Shown here one piece after another: positions 10,421 to 22,590 of a DNA stretch of 61,370 nt. The notes under the pieces were generated by a model, which saw only the letters and a program-made list of their open reading frames with translations, was not told the DNA's origin and searched no databases. The stretch lies in contig NIVC01003549.1 of assembly GCA_002269645.1 (NCBI GenBank), forward strand, positions 1 through 61,370. The letters run 5' to 3'. Numbering within the stretch: the stretch's first letter is position 1; the number at the start of each line of letters is the position of its first letter. The translations under genes and the position numbers were made by a program. Origin of the DNA: Macrostomum lignano. Lineage: Eukaryota.

Positions 10421-11416
10421 CTGCCGCACAAAGATGCCAACAGCGTTTCCACCGTCCAGCCGGACGCCAATGGAGCCGTCCGGATCGGGCGTGACCTGGC
10501 GAACCTGCTCAGCGTCGGTTGGCGCGTGCGGCGGCGGCGCCAGCGCCTCAACGGAACGATGCCGACCGGCGCCAATCGACGGCTGCGGTGGAGGCTCCAG
10601 GCGGTGCTGGGAAGGCGCGGGCAGCTGAACCGGTTCGGCACGGTGCTGCCCGTTACCCAGCCGCTCGGGCGACAACTGCTGAGGCTCCTGTCGGAATTGA
10701 AGGCTCAGCGACTGGGCGGAGTCGAGCAGGCGGGTGAGGCGGGAGGGCGAGGCCAGCTGGCTGAGCTGCAGGCCGTTCACCCTGTCCAGCGACTTGGACA
10801 CCACCAGCTGGCTGTTCAGCAGGTCCGGCGAGCGGACAACGAAGGTCACGTGCACCTGCAGCGAGCTGCCGCCGGCGCCGTCCTCGCCGGTTTCGTCGTT
10901 TTCAAGGTCGATCGCCGACCTGCCAGCGCCATTGTTCTCGCCGGGCAGATCATCTGCGTCGTCGCTGCCGGCCGAGTCGTCATCGTCGTCATCGGCGCCA
11001 TTGCCGAGACGCGCTGGAGGCCGCCGCTCGATAAGCAGGCGGATGGCGTGGCTTCGCTGCAGCTCTGCAACGGCGGCATCGTGGGTCGCACGGCGCAGCG
11101 AGACGCCGTTGCAGGCCAGCAGGCGGTCGCCAATGCGCAGGCGACCCTCGGCCGGACCGCCCTGGATGATGTCGCTAATGAACAGACCGCCGGCCTCGTC
11201 GCCGCGGTCGCCGCCGCCACCGCCGTCAACCGGCAGGCTGTCAATTCCGCCGGATACGGCGATACCGAGGCCGAAGTCCGGCGCCCGGCTAAGGGTCACC
11301 GTCAGCTGCTGTGGTGTTGGCGCCGGCGGTTGCTTCAAATCGTGGTGGCGACTGTGGCTGCGACTGCGCCTGCGGCTGCCCGCAGTGCCGTTGCTGCCGC
11401 CAACGCCGAAGCTCAT
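10421..11416 (-). CDS. TJP1: ZO-1-like exon 1 (PDZ1, degenerate PDZ2, PDZ3 N-half)
   Basis: ATG at 11416 (MSFGVGG), with an acceptor tattgcag| upstream at 11470-11471. PDZ1 reads LSRAPDFGLGIAVSGG...LFISDIIQGGPAEGRLRIGDRLL; the PDZ3 start reads GSIGVRLDGGNAVGIFV (ZO-1: SVGLRLAGGNDVGIFV). Donor CAG|GTGAGA; 996 nt, phase 0. Confidence 0.85.
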
Positions 11417-11549
11417 CGCTGGCTGCTGGGGGTGAGGAGGGGCGCCGGGTCGCGAGCTGCTACCGGCGGCTGCAATACAGTGAGGATGGGGTTTTAGCCA
11501 TAGACTATTGTTGCATGCATGCGATTTCAGCCGGCATGGCAACTAAGAA

Positions 11550-14500
11550 CTGGATTGCTAATCTAGCCTATCATGGGTGCAGGAATAGAATGGATTGCTA
11601 ATCTAGCCTATCATGGGTGCAGGAATAGAATGGATTGCTAATCTAGCCTATCATGGGTGCAGGAATAGAATGGATTGCTAATCTAGCCTATCATGGATGC
11701 AGGAATAGAATGGATTGCTAATCTAGCCTATCATGGGTGCAGGAATAGAATGGATTGCTAATCTAGCCTATCATGGATGCAGGAATAGAATGGATTGCTA
11801 ATCTAGCCTATCATGGGTGCAGGAATAGAATGGATTGCTAATCTAGCCTATCATGGGTGCAGGAATAGAATGGATTGCTAATCTAGCCTATCATGGATGC
11901 AGGAATAGAATGGATTGCTAATCTAGCCTATCATGGGTGCAGGAATAGAATGGATTGCTAATCTAGCCTATCATGGGTGCAGGAATAGAATGGATTGCTA
12001 ATCTAGCCTATCATGGATGCAGGAATAGAATGGATTGCTAATCTAGCCTATCATGGATGCAGGAATAGAATGGATTGCTAATCTAGCCTATCATGGTGCA
12101 GGAATAGAATGGATTGCTAATCTAGCCTATCATGGATGCAGGAATAGAATGGATTGCTAATCTAGCCTATCATGGATGCAGGAATAGAATGGATTGCTAA
12201 TCTAGCCTATCATGGATGCAGGATAGAATGGATTGCTAATCTAGCCTATCATGGGTGCAGGATAGAATGGATTGCTAATCTAGCCTATCATGGATGCAGG
12301 AATAGAATGGATTGCTAATCTAGCCTATCATGGGTGCAGGAATAGAATGGATTGCTAATCTAGCCTATCATGGTGCAGGAATAGAATGGATTGCTAATCT
12401 AGCCTATCATGGGTGCAGGAATAGAATGGATTGCTAATCTAGCCTATCATGGGTGCAGGAATAGAATGGATTGCTAATCTAGCCTATCATGGGTGCAGGA
12501 ATAGAATGGATTGCTAATCTAGCCTATCATGGATGCAGGAATAGAATGGATTGCTAATCTAGCCTATCATGGGTGCAGGAATAGAATGGATTGCTAATCT
12601 AGCCTATCATGGGTGCAGGAATAGAATGGATTGCTAATCTATCATGGATGCAGGAATAGAATGGATTGCTAATCTAGCCTATCATGGATGCAGGAATAGA
12701 ATGTATTGCTAATCTAGCCTATCATGGGTGCAGGAATAGAATGGATTGCTAATCTAGCCTATCATGGATGCAGGAATAGAATGGATTGCTAATCTAGCCT
12801 ATCATGGGTGCAGGAATAGAATGGATTGCTAATCTAGCCTATCATGGGTGCAGGAATAGAATGGATTGCTAATCTAGCCTATCATGGATGCAGGAATAGA
12901 ATGGATTGCTAATCTAGCCTATCATGGGTGCAGGAATAGAATGGATTGCTAATCTAGCCTATCATGGATGCAGGAATAGAATGGATTGCTAATCTAGCCT
13001 ATCATGGATGCAGGAATAGAATGGATTGCTAATCTAGCCTATCATGGATGCAGGAATAGAATGGATTGCTAATCTAGCCTATCATGGATGCAGGAATAGA
13101 ATGGATTGCTAATCTAGCCTATCATGGATGCAGGAATAGAATGGATTGCTAATCTAGCCTATCATGGATGCAGGAATAGAATGGATTGCTAATCTAGCCT
13201 ATCATGGATGCAGGAATAGAATGGATTGCTAATCTAGCCTATCATGGGTGCAGGAATAGAATGGATTGCTAATCTAGCCTATCATGGATGCAGGAATAGA
13301 ATGGATTGCTAATCTAGCCTATCATGGGTGCAGGAATAGAATGGATTGCTAATCTAGCCTATCATGGGTGCAGGAATAGAATGGATTGCTAATCTAGCCT
13401 ATCATGGGTGCAGGAATAGAATGGATTGCTAATCTAGCCTATCATGGGTGCAGGAATAGAATGGATTGCTAATCTAGCCTATCATGGGTGCAGGAATAGA
13501 ATGGATTGCTAATCTAGCCTATCATGGGTGCAGGAATAGAATGGATTGCTAATCTAGCCTATCATGGGTGCAGGAATAGAATGGATTGCTAATCTAGCCT
13601 ATCATGGATGCAGGAATAGAATGGATTGCTAATCTAGCCTATCATGGATGCAGGAATAGAATGGATTGCTAATCTAGCCTATCATGGATGCAGGAATAGA
13701 ATGGATTGCTAATCTAGCCTATCATGGTGCAGGAATAGAATGGATTGCTAATCTAGCCTATCATGGGTGCAGGAATAGAATGGATTGCTAATCTAGCCTA
13801 TCATGGTGCAGGAATAGAATGGATTGCTAATCTAGCCTATCATGGGTGCAGGAATAGAATGGATTGCTAATCTAGCCTATCATGGATGCAGGAATAGAAT
13901 GGATTGCTAATCTAGCCTATCATGGTGCAGGAATAGAATGGATTGCTAATCTAGCCTATCATGGATGCAGGAATAGAATGGATTGCTAATCTAGCCTATC
14001 ATGGATGCAGGAATAGAATGGATTGCTAATCTAGCCTATCATGGGTGCAGGAATAGAATGGATTGCTAATCTAGCCTATCATGGGTGCAGGAATAGAATG
14101 GATTGCTAATCTAGCCTATCATGGATGCAGGAATAGAATGGATTGCTAATCTAGCCTATCATGGGTGCAGGAATAGAATGGATTGCTAATCTAGCCTATC
14201 ATGGATGCAGGAATAGAATGGATTGCTAATCTAGCCTATCATGGATGCAGGAATAGAATGGATTGCTAATCTAGCCTATCATGGATGCAGGAATAGAATG
14301 GATTGCTAATCTAGCCTATCATGGATGCAGGAATAGAATGGATTGCTAATCTAGCCTATCATGGATGCAGGAATAGAATGGATTGCTAATCTAGCCTATC
14401 ATGGATGCAGGAATAGAATGGATTGCTAATCTAGCCTATCATGGATGCAGGAATAGAATGGATTGCTAATCTAGCCTATCATGGATGCAGGAATAGAATG

Positions 14501-17076
14501 GATTGCTAATCTAGCCTATCATGGATGCAGGAATAGAATGGATTGCTAATCTAGCCTATCATGGGTGCAGGAATAGAATGGATTGCTAATCTAGCCTATC
14601 ATGGTGCAGGAATAGAATGGATTGCTAATCTAGCCTATCATGGGTGCAGGAATAGAATGGATTGCTAATCTAGCCTATCATGGGTGCAGGAATAGAATGG
14701 ATTGCTAATCTAGCCTATCATGGATGCAGGAATAGAATGGATTGCTAATCTAGCCTATCATGGGTGCAGGAATAGAATGGATTGCTAATCTAGCCTATCA
14801 TGGGTGCAGGAATAGAATGGATTGCTAATCTAGCCTATCATGGATGCAGGAATAGAATGGATTGCTAATCTAGCCTATCATGGATGCAGGAATAGAATGG
14901 ATTGCTAATCTAGCCTATCATGGATGCAGGAATAGAATGGATTGCTAATCTAGCCTATCATGGATGCAGGAATAGAATGGATTGCTAATCTAGCCTATCA
15001 TGGGTGCAGGAATAGAATGGATTGCTAATCTAGCCTATCATGGGTGCAGGAATAGAATGGATTGCTAATCTAGCCTATCATGGGTGCAGGAATAGAATGG
15101 ATTGCTAATCTAGCCTATCATGGGTGCAGGAATAGAATGGATTGCTAATCTAGCCTATCATGGATGCAGGAATAGAATGGATTGCTAATCTAGCCTATCA
15201 TGGATGCAGGAATAGAATGGATTGCTAATCTAGCCTATCATGGATGCAGGAATAGAATGGATTGCTAATCTAGCCTATCATGGATGCAGGAATAGAATGG
15301 ATTGCTAATCTAGCCTATCATGGATGCAGGAATAGAATGGATTGCTAATCTAGCCTATCATGGATGCAGGAATAGAATGGATTGCTAATCTAGCCTATCA
15401 TGGATGCAGGAATAGAATGGATTGCTAATCTAGCCTATCATGGATGCAGGAATAGAATGGATTGCTAATCTAGCCTATCATGGGTGCAGGAATAGAATGG
15501 ATTGCTAATCTAGCCTATCATGGGTGCAGGAATAGAATGGATTGCTAATCTAGCCTATCATGGGTGCAGGAATAGAATGGATTGCTAATCTAGCCTATCA
15601 TGGGTGCAGGAATAGAATGGATTGCTAATCTAGCCTATCATGGGTGCAGGAATAGAATGGATTGCTAATCTAGCCTATCATGGGTGCAGGAATAGAATGG
15701 ATTGCTAATCTAGCCTATCATGGGTGCAGGAATAGAATGGATTGCTAATCTAGCCTATCATGGATGCAGGAATAGAATGGATTGCTAATCTAGCCTATCA
15801 TGGATGCAGGAATAGAATGGATTGCTAATCTAGCCTATCATGGATGCAGGAATAGAATGGATTGCTAATCTAGCCTATCATGGATGCAGGAATAGAATGG
15901 ATTGCTAATCTAGCCTATCATGGATGCAGGAATAGAATGGATTGCTAATCTAGCCTATCATGGGTGCAGGAATAGAATGGATTGCTAATCTAGCCTATCA
16001 TGGGTGCAGGAATAGAATGGATTGCTAATCTAGCCTATCATGGGTGCAGGAATAGAATGGATTGCTAATCTAGCCTATCATGGATGCAGGAATAGAATGG
16101 ATTGCTAATCTAGCCTATCATGGATGCAGGAATAGAATGGATTGCTAATCTAGCCTATCATGGATGCAGGAATAGAATGGATTGCTAATCTAGCCTATCA
16201 TGGATGCAGGAATAGAATGGATTGCTAATCTAGCCTATCATGGGTGCAGGAATAGAATGGATTGCTAATCTAGCCTATCATGGGTGCAGGAATAGAATGG
16301 ATTGCTAATCTAGCCTATCATGGGTGCAGGAATAGAATGGATTGCTAATCTAGCCTATCATGGGTGCAGGAATAGAATGGATTGCTAATCTAGCCTATCA
16401 TGGGTGCAGGAATAGAATGGATTGCTAATCTAGCCTATCATGGATGCAGGAATAGAATGGATTGCTAATCTAGCCTATCATGGGTGCAGGAATAGAATGG
16501 ATTGCTAATCTAGCCTATCATGGGTGCAGGAATAGAATGGATTGCTAATCTAGCCTATCATGGATGCAGGAATAGAATGGATTGCTAATCTAGCCTATCA
16601 TGGGTGCAGGAATAGAATGGATTGCTAATCTAGCCTATCATGGGTGCAGGAATAGAATGGATTGCTAATCTAGCCTATCATGGGTGCAGGAATAGAATGG
16701 ATTGCTAATCTAGCCTATCATGGGTGCAGGAATAGAATGGATTGCTAATCTAGCCTATCATGGGTGCAGGAATAGAATGGATTGCTAATCTAGCCTATCA
16801 TGGGTGCAGGAATAGAATGGATTGCTAATCTAGCCTATCATGGGTGCAGGAATAGAATGGATTGCTAATCTAGCCTATCATGGGTGCAGGAATAGAATGG
16901 ATTGCTAATCTAGCCTATCATGGGTGCAGGAATAGAATGGATTGCTAATCTAGCCTATCATGGGTGCAGGAATAGAATGGATTGCTAATCTAGCCTATCA
17001 TGGATGCAGGAATAGAATGGATTGCTAATCTAGCCTATCATGGATGCAGGAATAGAATGGATTGCTAATCTAGCCT
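11550..17076. repeat. 40-bp satellite array 1, about 138 copies (GAATGGATTGCTAATCTAGCCTATCATGG[G/A]TGCAGGAATA)
   Basis: Near-identical tandem units that differ almost only at one G/A site; there are no spacers. Confidence 0.98.
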
Positions 17077-17275
17077 GGATATAGGATACTTATAAATAAA
17101 CAATTATAAATTTGGCTTCTCATTACTACAGTAGTAAAAAATGGTCTGACCGCACAGCGGAAACACAGCGCAATAATAAGAGGATATAATTGATCACAGA
17201 GAAATGTGGAATCTATTGGTAGAACTGAATTCTTCAATAAAACTAAAACTGTTCGCTGGACGTCCGCAAAAAATT

Positions 17276-17344
17276 TCACTCGGCCTCCACCAGGCGCAGG
17301 GCCTCAGCCATGGTCAAGGATTTGGGCCGATTGCGCTCGATAAA
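17276..17344 (-). CDS. C19orf44: C19orf44/DUF4614 homolog, last exon
   Basis: Acceptor cattgcag|TTT, phase 0. FIERNRPKSLTMAEALRLVEAE* matches the C19orf44 C-terminus as I recall it (YIRxHRPAPLTMEDALEEV). Not present in the ORF track. Confidence 0.75.
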   Translation of the reverse strand, partial: FIERNRPKSLTMAEALRLVEAE

Positions 17345-17610
17345 CTGCAATGAGGCAGGCGGGGGTGTCCGCTGGGTGGACTCGCACAAGCCTTCTCTTA
17401 TCTACGTAGCGATAAAAAACTTAACATTCTGTCTTCTTCTTCTTTTAAAAAGCAGAGTCAAAGGCGACAGGGACAAAACTGACTGAAACACTGAAGTACG
17501 AGGCAAAAAATTCACAAATAGAGTCGCCAAGGAGACAGCAGGTAAACTTTGGATTATATACCGAATATATCCTTGAGCTGCAGGCTGCGATAAGACCGGC
17601 TCAGTGTTAT

Positions 17611-17618
17611 TATAAATA
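17611..17618 (+). promoter_or_regulatory. TATA box of the C-type lectin gene
   Basis: TATAAATA lies 60 bp upstream of the ATG at 17671. An AP-1-like TGACTCA sits at 17662-17668. Confidence 0.55.
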
Positions 17619-17670
17619 GGCAGCAGTCGGCTAGGCAAAAGCTCTGAGAAAGTGCTCAGCTGACTCAAAA

Positions 17671-18636
17671 ATGCAAGGAAAGTGCATCGCTATTCTCGTG
17701 CCGCTGCTGGCGCTGGCAGTCGCTCTCGCACAGGGGATGGCCGCGCCTCAGCCGCAGGCGGTCTCTCAAGCCAGCGTGGAGGTCTTCTTTGACCAGTGCC
17801 GCGAAGGCTGGATTCGGTACAAAGACTACTGCTACGAGTACAAAGAGCAGCAGCAGTACTGGTACGTGGCCGAGCAGCAGTGCCGCAGGCGCGACGGCCA
17901 CCTGGTGAGCATAGCCGATGAAGCTGAGAACTCCTTCGTGGCCAAGCTGAGCTACTGCGAGAACGCTTGGACCGGCAAGTACGCGGTGAACGTGGACAAG
18001 CTGCACCAGCCGGACAATTACCGCTGGACAGACAACAGCGTCAGCCCCAATGGCTACCACACCCACGACTTCAGCAGCATCAGCAGCATCCACCAGCCGC
18101 TCATATCGGTGCACAACCTCAGCCTGGTCAACAATGTTTACCACGCCAAGCAGCGCTACATCTGCAAGGCCAAGTACCAGGACAACGGCGGCGGCCAGAA
18201 TCGAACCTGCGACCCCGGCTGGAAGCTGGTCGGCAACTTCTGCTACCTGATGCCGAAGATTGAAGTCACCTTCATTGAGGCCACCTTCTACTGCAGCGGC
18301 CGGGGAGCCAGCATGGTGTCCATCTACACCAAGCAGGAGCTGCGGGCCCTCAGCCTCCTGGACCTGGACAGCCGGGGCTGCCCGGTGCAGACCTGGGTCG
18401 GCCTCATCAAGGTGAACCCGTGCCGCATCGACTTCAGCACTGGTGAAAAGATCTGCTACAAATGGGCCGACAGGCTGGTGGATTTCCATAACGACTTTCC
18501 AGCTTGGCATCCTGGATACCCCGACACCGGCGACAAGGTGAACTGCGTGCTGCTGCAGGACCGCGCCATGAAGACGGTCGAGTGCCACGAGAGGCACCGC
18601 TTCATCTGCAAGAAGCAGGCCCGCCAAAACAGCTGA
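17671..18636 (+). CDS. Secreted protein with two C-type lectin domains; intronless; nested in an intron of the C19orf44 homolog
   Basis: Signal peptide MQGKCIAILVPLLALAVALA. CTLD1: CREGWIRYKDYCY...C...WTG...YRWTD...RYIC. CTLD2: CDPGWKLVGNFCY...C...WVGL...NCV...C..RFIC. Codons are GC3-rich. Confidence 0.92.
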   Translation: MQGKCIAILVPLLALAVALAQGMAAPQPQAVSQASVEVFFDQCREGWIRYKDYCYEYKEQQQYWYVAEQQCRRRDGHLVSIADEAENSFVAKLSYCENAWTGKYAVNVDKLHQPDNYRWTDNSVSPNGYHTHDFSSISSIHQPLISVHNLSLVNNVYHAKQRYICKAKYQDNGGGQNRTCDPGWKLVGNFCYLMPKIEVTFIEATFYCSGRGASMVSIYTKQELRALSLLDLDSRGCPVQTWVGLIKVNPCRIDFSTGEKICYKWADRLVDFHNDFPAWHPGYPDTGDKVNCVLLQDRAMKTVECHERHRFICKKQARQNS

Positions 18637-18920
18637 GGGCTGCACCCGCTGGCTGATTCGCACTGACTGTCGAGAGTTTTTTGATTATTTAGTTTGAAAT
18701 TTTACTGAGCCCAAGCCCAAGCCCTGCAGTCAGTTTAGGCTCGATCACTGGGGACTGGCGCTAGCTAGAGTAGTCAACCCGCTCAGCTATTCATTTGATT
18801 TGATAGATAAAGAGCCTCTCTTTGCTGCTCACTTGTGCACAGTGCAAGCATTCCTCAATGCTCGTGCAGTGGGCCATTGGCGGAGCTAATATATACAACA
18901 ATATTGCTAATCACGAGACC

Positions 18921-18926
18921 AATAAA
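18921..18926 (+). promoter_or_regulatory. Candidate polyadenylation signal of the lectin gene
   Basis: AATAAA 285 nt after the stop codon. Confidence 0.45.
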
Positions 18927-19129
18927 GTTGGCAGTGGTGTTAATTTTTTAAATAAACAGAAACTATGATTGTCTGCAAAATACCAGGGTATTACATCAGT
19001 AAAACTGAGGTGCTAGACTTCACATGGACTCTTACGGACTTCATATTAAGCAGTCTTACAGATTGACTCTAATAAAACACGAACGATATGTATTGAAAGT
19101 AGCATTTTGTTTAGAGATCAGAAAAAGCA

Positions 19130-19680
19130 CCATCCGGAGAGGGAAATCGGAGAAGCAGGTCAAGAAGGGAGATTAGAGAGGGAGGTCTGGGATGGAGGGC
19201 AGATAGGAAGGTCAGGGAGGGAGGGCAGAGAGGGAGGTCAGGGAGGTCAGGGAGGTCAGGGAGGGAGGGCAGAGAGGAAGGTCAGGGAGGTCAGGGAGGT
19301 CAGGGAGGGAGGGCAAAGCGGGAGGTCAGGGAGGGAGGGCAGAGCGGGAGGTCAGGGAGGTCAAGGAGGGAGATCAGGGAGGTCAGGGAGGGAGGGCAGA
19401 GCGGGAGGTCAGGGAGGTCAGGGAGAGAGGGCAGAGCGGGAGGTCAGGGAGGGAGGGCAGAGAGGGAGGTCAGAGAGGTCAAGGAGGGAGATCAGGGAGG
19501 TCAGGGAGGGAGGGCAGAGCGGGAGGTCAGGGAGGTCAGGGAGAGAGGGCAGAGCGGGAGGTCAGGGAGGTCAGGGAGGGAGGGCAGAGCGGGAGGTCAG
19601 TGAGGGCGGTCAGAGGTCATGGAGGGAGGGCAGAGAGGAAGGTCAGGTAGGTCTGGGAGGGAGGGCAGAGAGTGAGGCTG
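19130..19680. repeat. Purine-rich minisatellite (GGGAGGTCA / GGGAGGGCAGAG)n
   Basis: Directly visible; intronic. Confidence 0.9.
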
Positions 19681-19702
19681 ATCAAAAAGCCAGACAGCTG
19701 AC

Positions 19703-20075
19703 CTCACGCGTGTCCTGCAGCGTGGTGTACCGGTTCCGACCGGTGGGCTCCCCCCGCAGCGCCTCCACGGCTCCCTGGTAAATGCGGCGCTGCGAGGCCA
19801 AAAAGGCGGCGGTCAGGGCCAGCTGGTCGCGCACCAGCGAGTTCAGAGCGGCGCTGGCTGGCGAATAGGCGGTGACGGCCTCCAGGGCATCGGCTGACAC
19901 GGCCAGGCTGGCCACGGGCGTCGGGTCAACCGAGCCTAGGCCGAGGCCGTGAGCAGCCGCCGCCTGGCCGACGCCCGCCGGGTCCCACTGGTAGCCGAGG
20001 CCGCCGCCGGGCCGGAGCGAAGTCCCCTCCGGCTGCGTCTGCACCTCAACGTCCCGGATGTGTCGGCGGTGGCGC
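19703..20075 (-). CDS. C19orf44: C19orf44/DUF4614 homolog, conserved C-terminal exon
   Basis: Acceptor tttgccag|G (phase 2) and donor GAG|GTCAGC (phase 0). VDPTPVASLAVSADALEAVTAYSPASAALNSLVRDQLALT matches the DUF4614 pattern [40 protein letters not shown]. Confidence 0.85.
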
Positions 20076-20271
20076 CTGGCAAAGTTTTCAGCAATTAAGA
20101 GAGTCAACTGGTTGAAATACAAGAACTGCAGTGGCGCGATACTCCTAAGCGCTAAAGCAGTTCTCTCAGAAAGAAAAATGGCAAAACATGCACACAGCCT
20201 ACTCTGAGTAGGCTAGATAATAAAAAGCGACAGAAATTTATCCGAACGCGATATTCAAACACAGTCCGTAC

Positions 20272-21038
20272 CGAGGACTCGGACTCCGACTGCGATAGCG
20301 ACGGCTGCGACGGCGGTCGCCGCCGCTGCTGCTGCTGCTGGTGGTGGCCGTCGCACTCGAGGTGGCGGCAGAGCGGCTCTCCGTTCGATCGCTGCTGCTG
20401 CTCCGGCTGCGAGCCCTCCGGCTGCTCTCATCGCGGGCCGTGGTTCGAATCTCCTCTCTGACCGTCGATCTCGACGTGCTGGAAGACGACGATGTCGAAG
20501 TAGTCGCCTTCTCGGTGACGCTGTTCGAATCCCAGCTGCTGCGCCGCTGAGCCTCGCTGTCCCCGCCAGGCCCGCGGTCCGTCGCCTCGCCGCCGTCGAA
20601 GTCGTCGAAGTCCTGCGTGTAGGTGGGCGCCGCCTCCGTCTCGAAGTCCGAGTCGTACTTGTCCGACGCCTCGGCGGTGGAGATCTCCTCGGCCATGCTG
20701 CGGTCGTATTCAAGGTCCTCCTCGATGTCGTCGACGTCCTTGACGATGCCGAACCTGTCGCCGTCGCCGTCCTCGTCCTCCTCGTCATTGTCTTGGTCAT
20801 CGGCGTCGGCTACAGCGGCGGACAGCTGCTCAAAGTCCAGGACAACATTCTGGCCGCCCGGCTTGCTGTCCGAGGATGAGGAATCTTCGTTCTCGTCATC
20901 GTCATGTCGGAGATTGGCGGCGTCGACAGAGTCGCCAAGCGGGGCGACGGTGTCGCCGCTACGCCGTGTCGGCTGGTCGTCCGTGTCGATTGAGTCGAAC
21001 TGGCGGCTGGTCTCCAGCAGGCCGGCAGCGTCGCCGCC
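20272..21038 (-). CDS. C19orf44: C19orf44 homolog, acidic/Ser-rich exon
   Basis: Acceptor ttggtag|GGC (phase 0) and donor CG|GTACGG (phase 2); 767 nt and open. It contains Y-x-x-D-F-(E/D) acidic motifs (YDSDFE, YTQDFD). Confidence 0.75.
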
Positions 21039-21549
21039 CTACCAAGCAGGCGCGGGGGTAGCGGAGAGGGCGATAAGAGAGGCGGAGGCAGGCCTCATTA
21101 CCCAAATGGCCGGGGCTAAATAGCACTGGGCGGCCCTGAACCGGATGTGAAGGAGAGAAGGAAGGCGCGGGCGCTAAGGAAACTCGACACCGCTAGATGG
21201 AGCGGCAGTCAGAGGCTGTGTGCGCCTCTCCCTCACTCGCCTTCTCCTAGGGGCGGGGGAAGTCGAGACTTAGCTGGGCTGTATTTGAGCGACGCAAAGG
21301 TTAATAGGCAATTAACTTAATTTATATTCTAACAGTTTCTATGAGAAAAAAAATTAGAGGCATTCAATTGCAGAAAGACAGAGAGACTCCACAGACTAAA
21401 GAGTTTCTGCAATGCAACATGCAGAAATTCTATAGCAGTTCTAACTGTGTACGACCGTGTTTGAAGTTCCAGCAGCGTGGCCTTAAGGCTTGCGTTGTTA
21501 ACTGACAGCTTTGCAAGGGACTTTACGGTGGCGCGCACCACGGGGAGGG

Positions 21550-22590
21550 AGAGCAGAGAGAGAGAGAAGGAGATCGGAGAAGGAGATCGGAGAAGGAGAT
21601 CAGAGTGCAAGATCAGAGAGGGAGATCAGAGAGGTGGATTAGAGAGGGAGATCAGAGAGTGAGATCAGAGAGGGAGATCAGAAAGGGAGATTAGAGGGGG
21701 AGATTAGAGAGGGAGATCAGAGAGTGAGATCAGAGAGGAAGATAAGAGAGGTGGATTAGAGAGGGAGATTAGATAGGCAGAGAGGAAGATAAGAGAGGTG
21801 GATTAGAGAGTGAGATCAGAGAGGGAGATTAGAGAGGGAGATCAGAGAGGGAGATTAGATAGGCAGAGAGGAAGATAAGAGAGGTGGATTAGAGAGTGAG
21901 ATCAGAGAGGGAGATTAGAGAGTGAGATCAGAAAGGGAGATTAGATAGGCAGAGAGGAAGATAAGAGAGGTGGATCAGAGAGGGAGATTAGAGAGGGAGA
22001 TCAGAGAGGGAGATTAGATAGGCAGAGAGGAAGATAAGAGAGGTGGATCAGAGAGGGAGATTAGATAGGCAGAGAGGAAGATAAGAGAGGTGGATTAGTG
22101 AGTGAGATCAGAGAGGGAGATTAGAGAGTGAGATCAGAAAGGGAGATTAGATAGGCAGAGAGGAAGATAAGAGAGGTGGATTAGAGAGTGAGATCAGAGA
22201 GGGAGATTAGAGAGGGAGATCAGAGAGGGAGATTAGATAGGCAGAGAGGAAGATAAGAGAGGTGGATCAGAGAGGGAGATCAGAGAGGGAGATTAGAGAG
22301 TGAGATCAGAAAGGGAGATTAGATAGGCAGAGAGGAAGATAAGAGAGGTGGATTAGAGAGTGAGATCAGAGAGGGAGATTAGAGAGTGAGATCAGAAAGG
22401 GAGATTAGATAGGCAGAGAGGAAGATAAGAGAGGTGGATTAGAGAGTGAGATCAGAGAGGGAGATTAGAGAGTGAGATCAGAAAGGGAGATTAGATAGGC
22501 AGAGAGGAAGATAAGAGAGGTGGATCAGAGAGGGAGATCAGAGAGGGAGATCGGAGGGGGAGATCAGAGGGGGAGGAGATCAAGGGAGAA
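21550..22590. repeat. Purine-rich minisatellite (GAGAGGGAGATYA)n with larger repeated blocks
   Basis: Directly visible; intronic. Confidence 0.9.

Noticed and set aside
9926-11497. 523-aa plus-strand ORF
   Set aside because: A 21-bp repeat translation fused to the antisense of ZO-1 exon 1.
11550-17076. CRISPR array (palindromic repeat of about 40 bp)
   Set aside because: Units are head-to-tail with no unique spacers, there are no cas genes, and the context is eukaryotic. The same applies to 56938-61370.
17665-18663. 332-aa minus-strand ORF overlapping the lectin
   Set aside because: Antisense shadow of a GC3-rich CDS with no recognisable domain.
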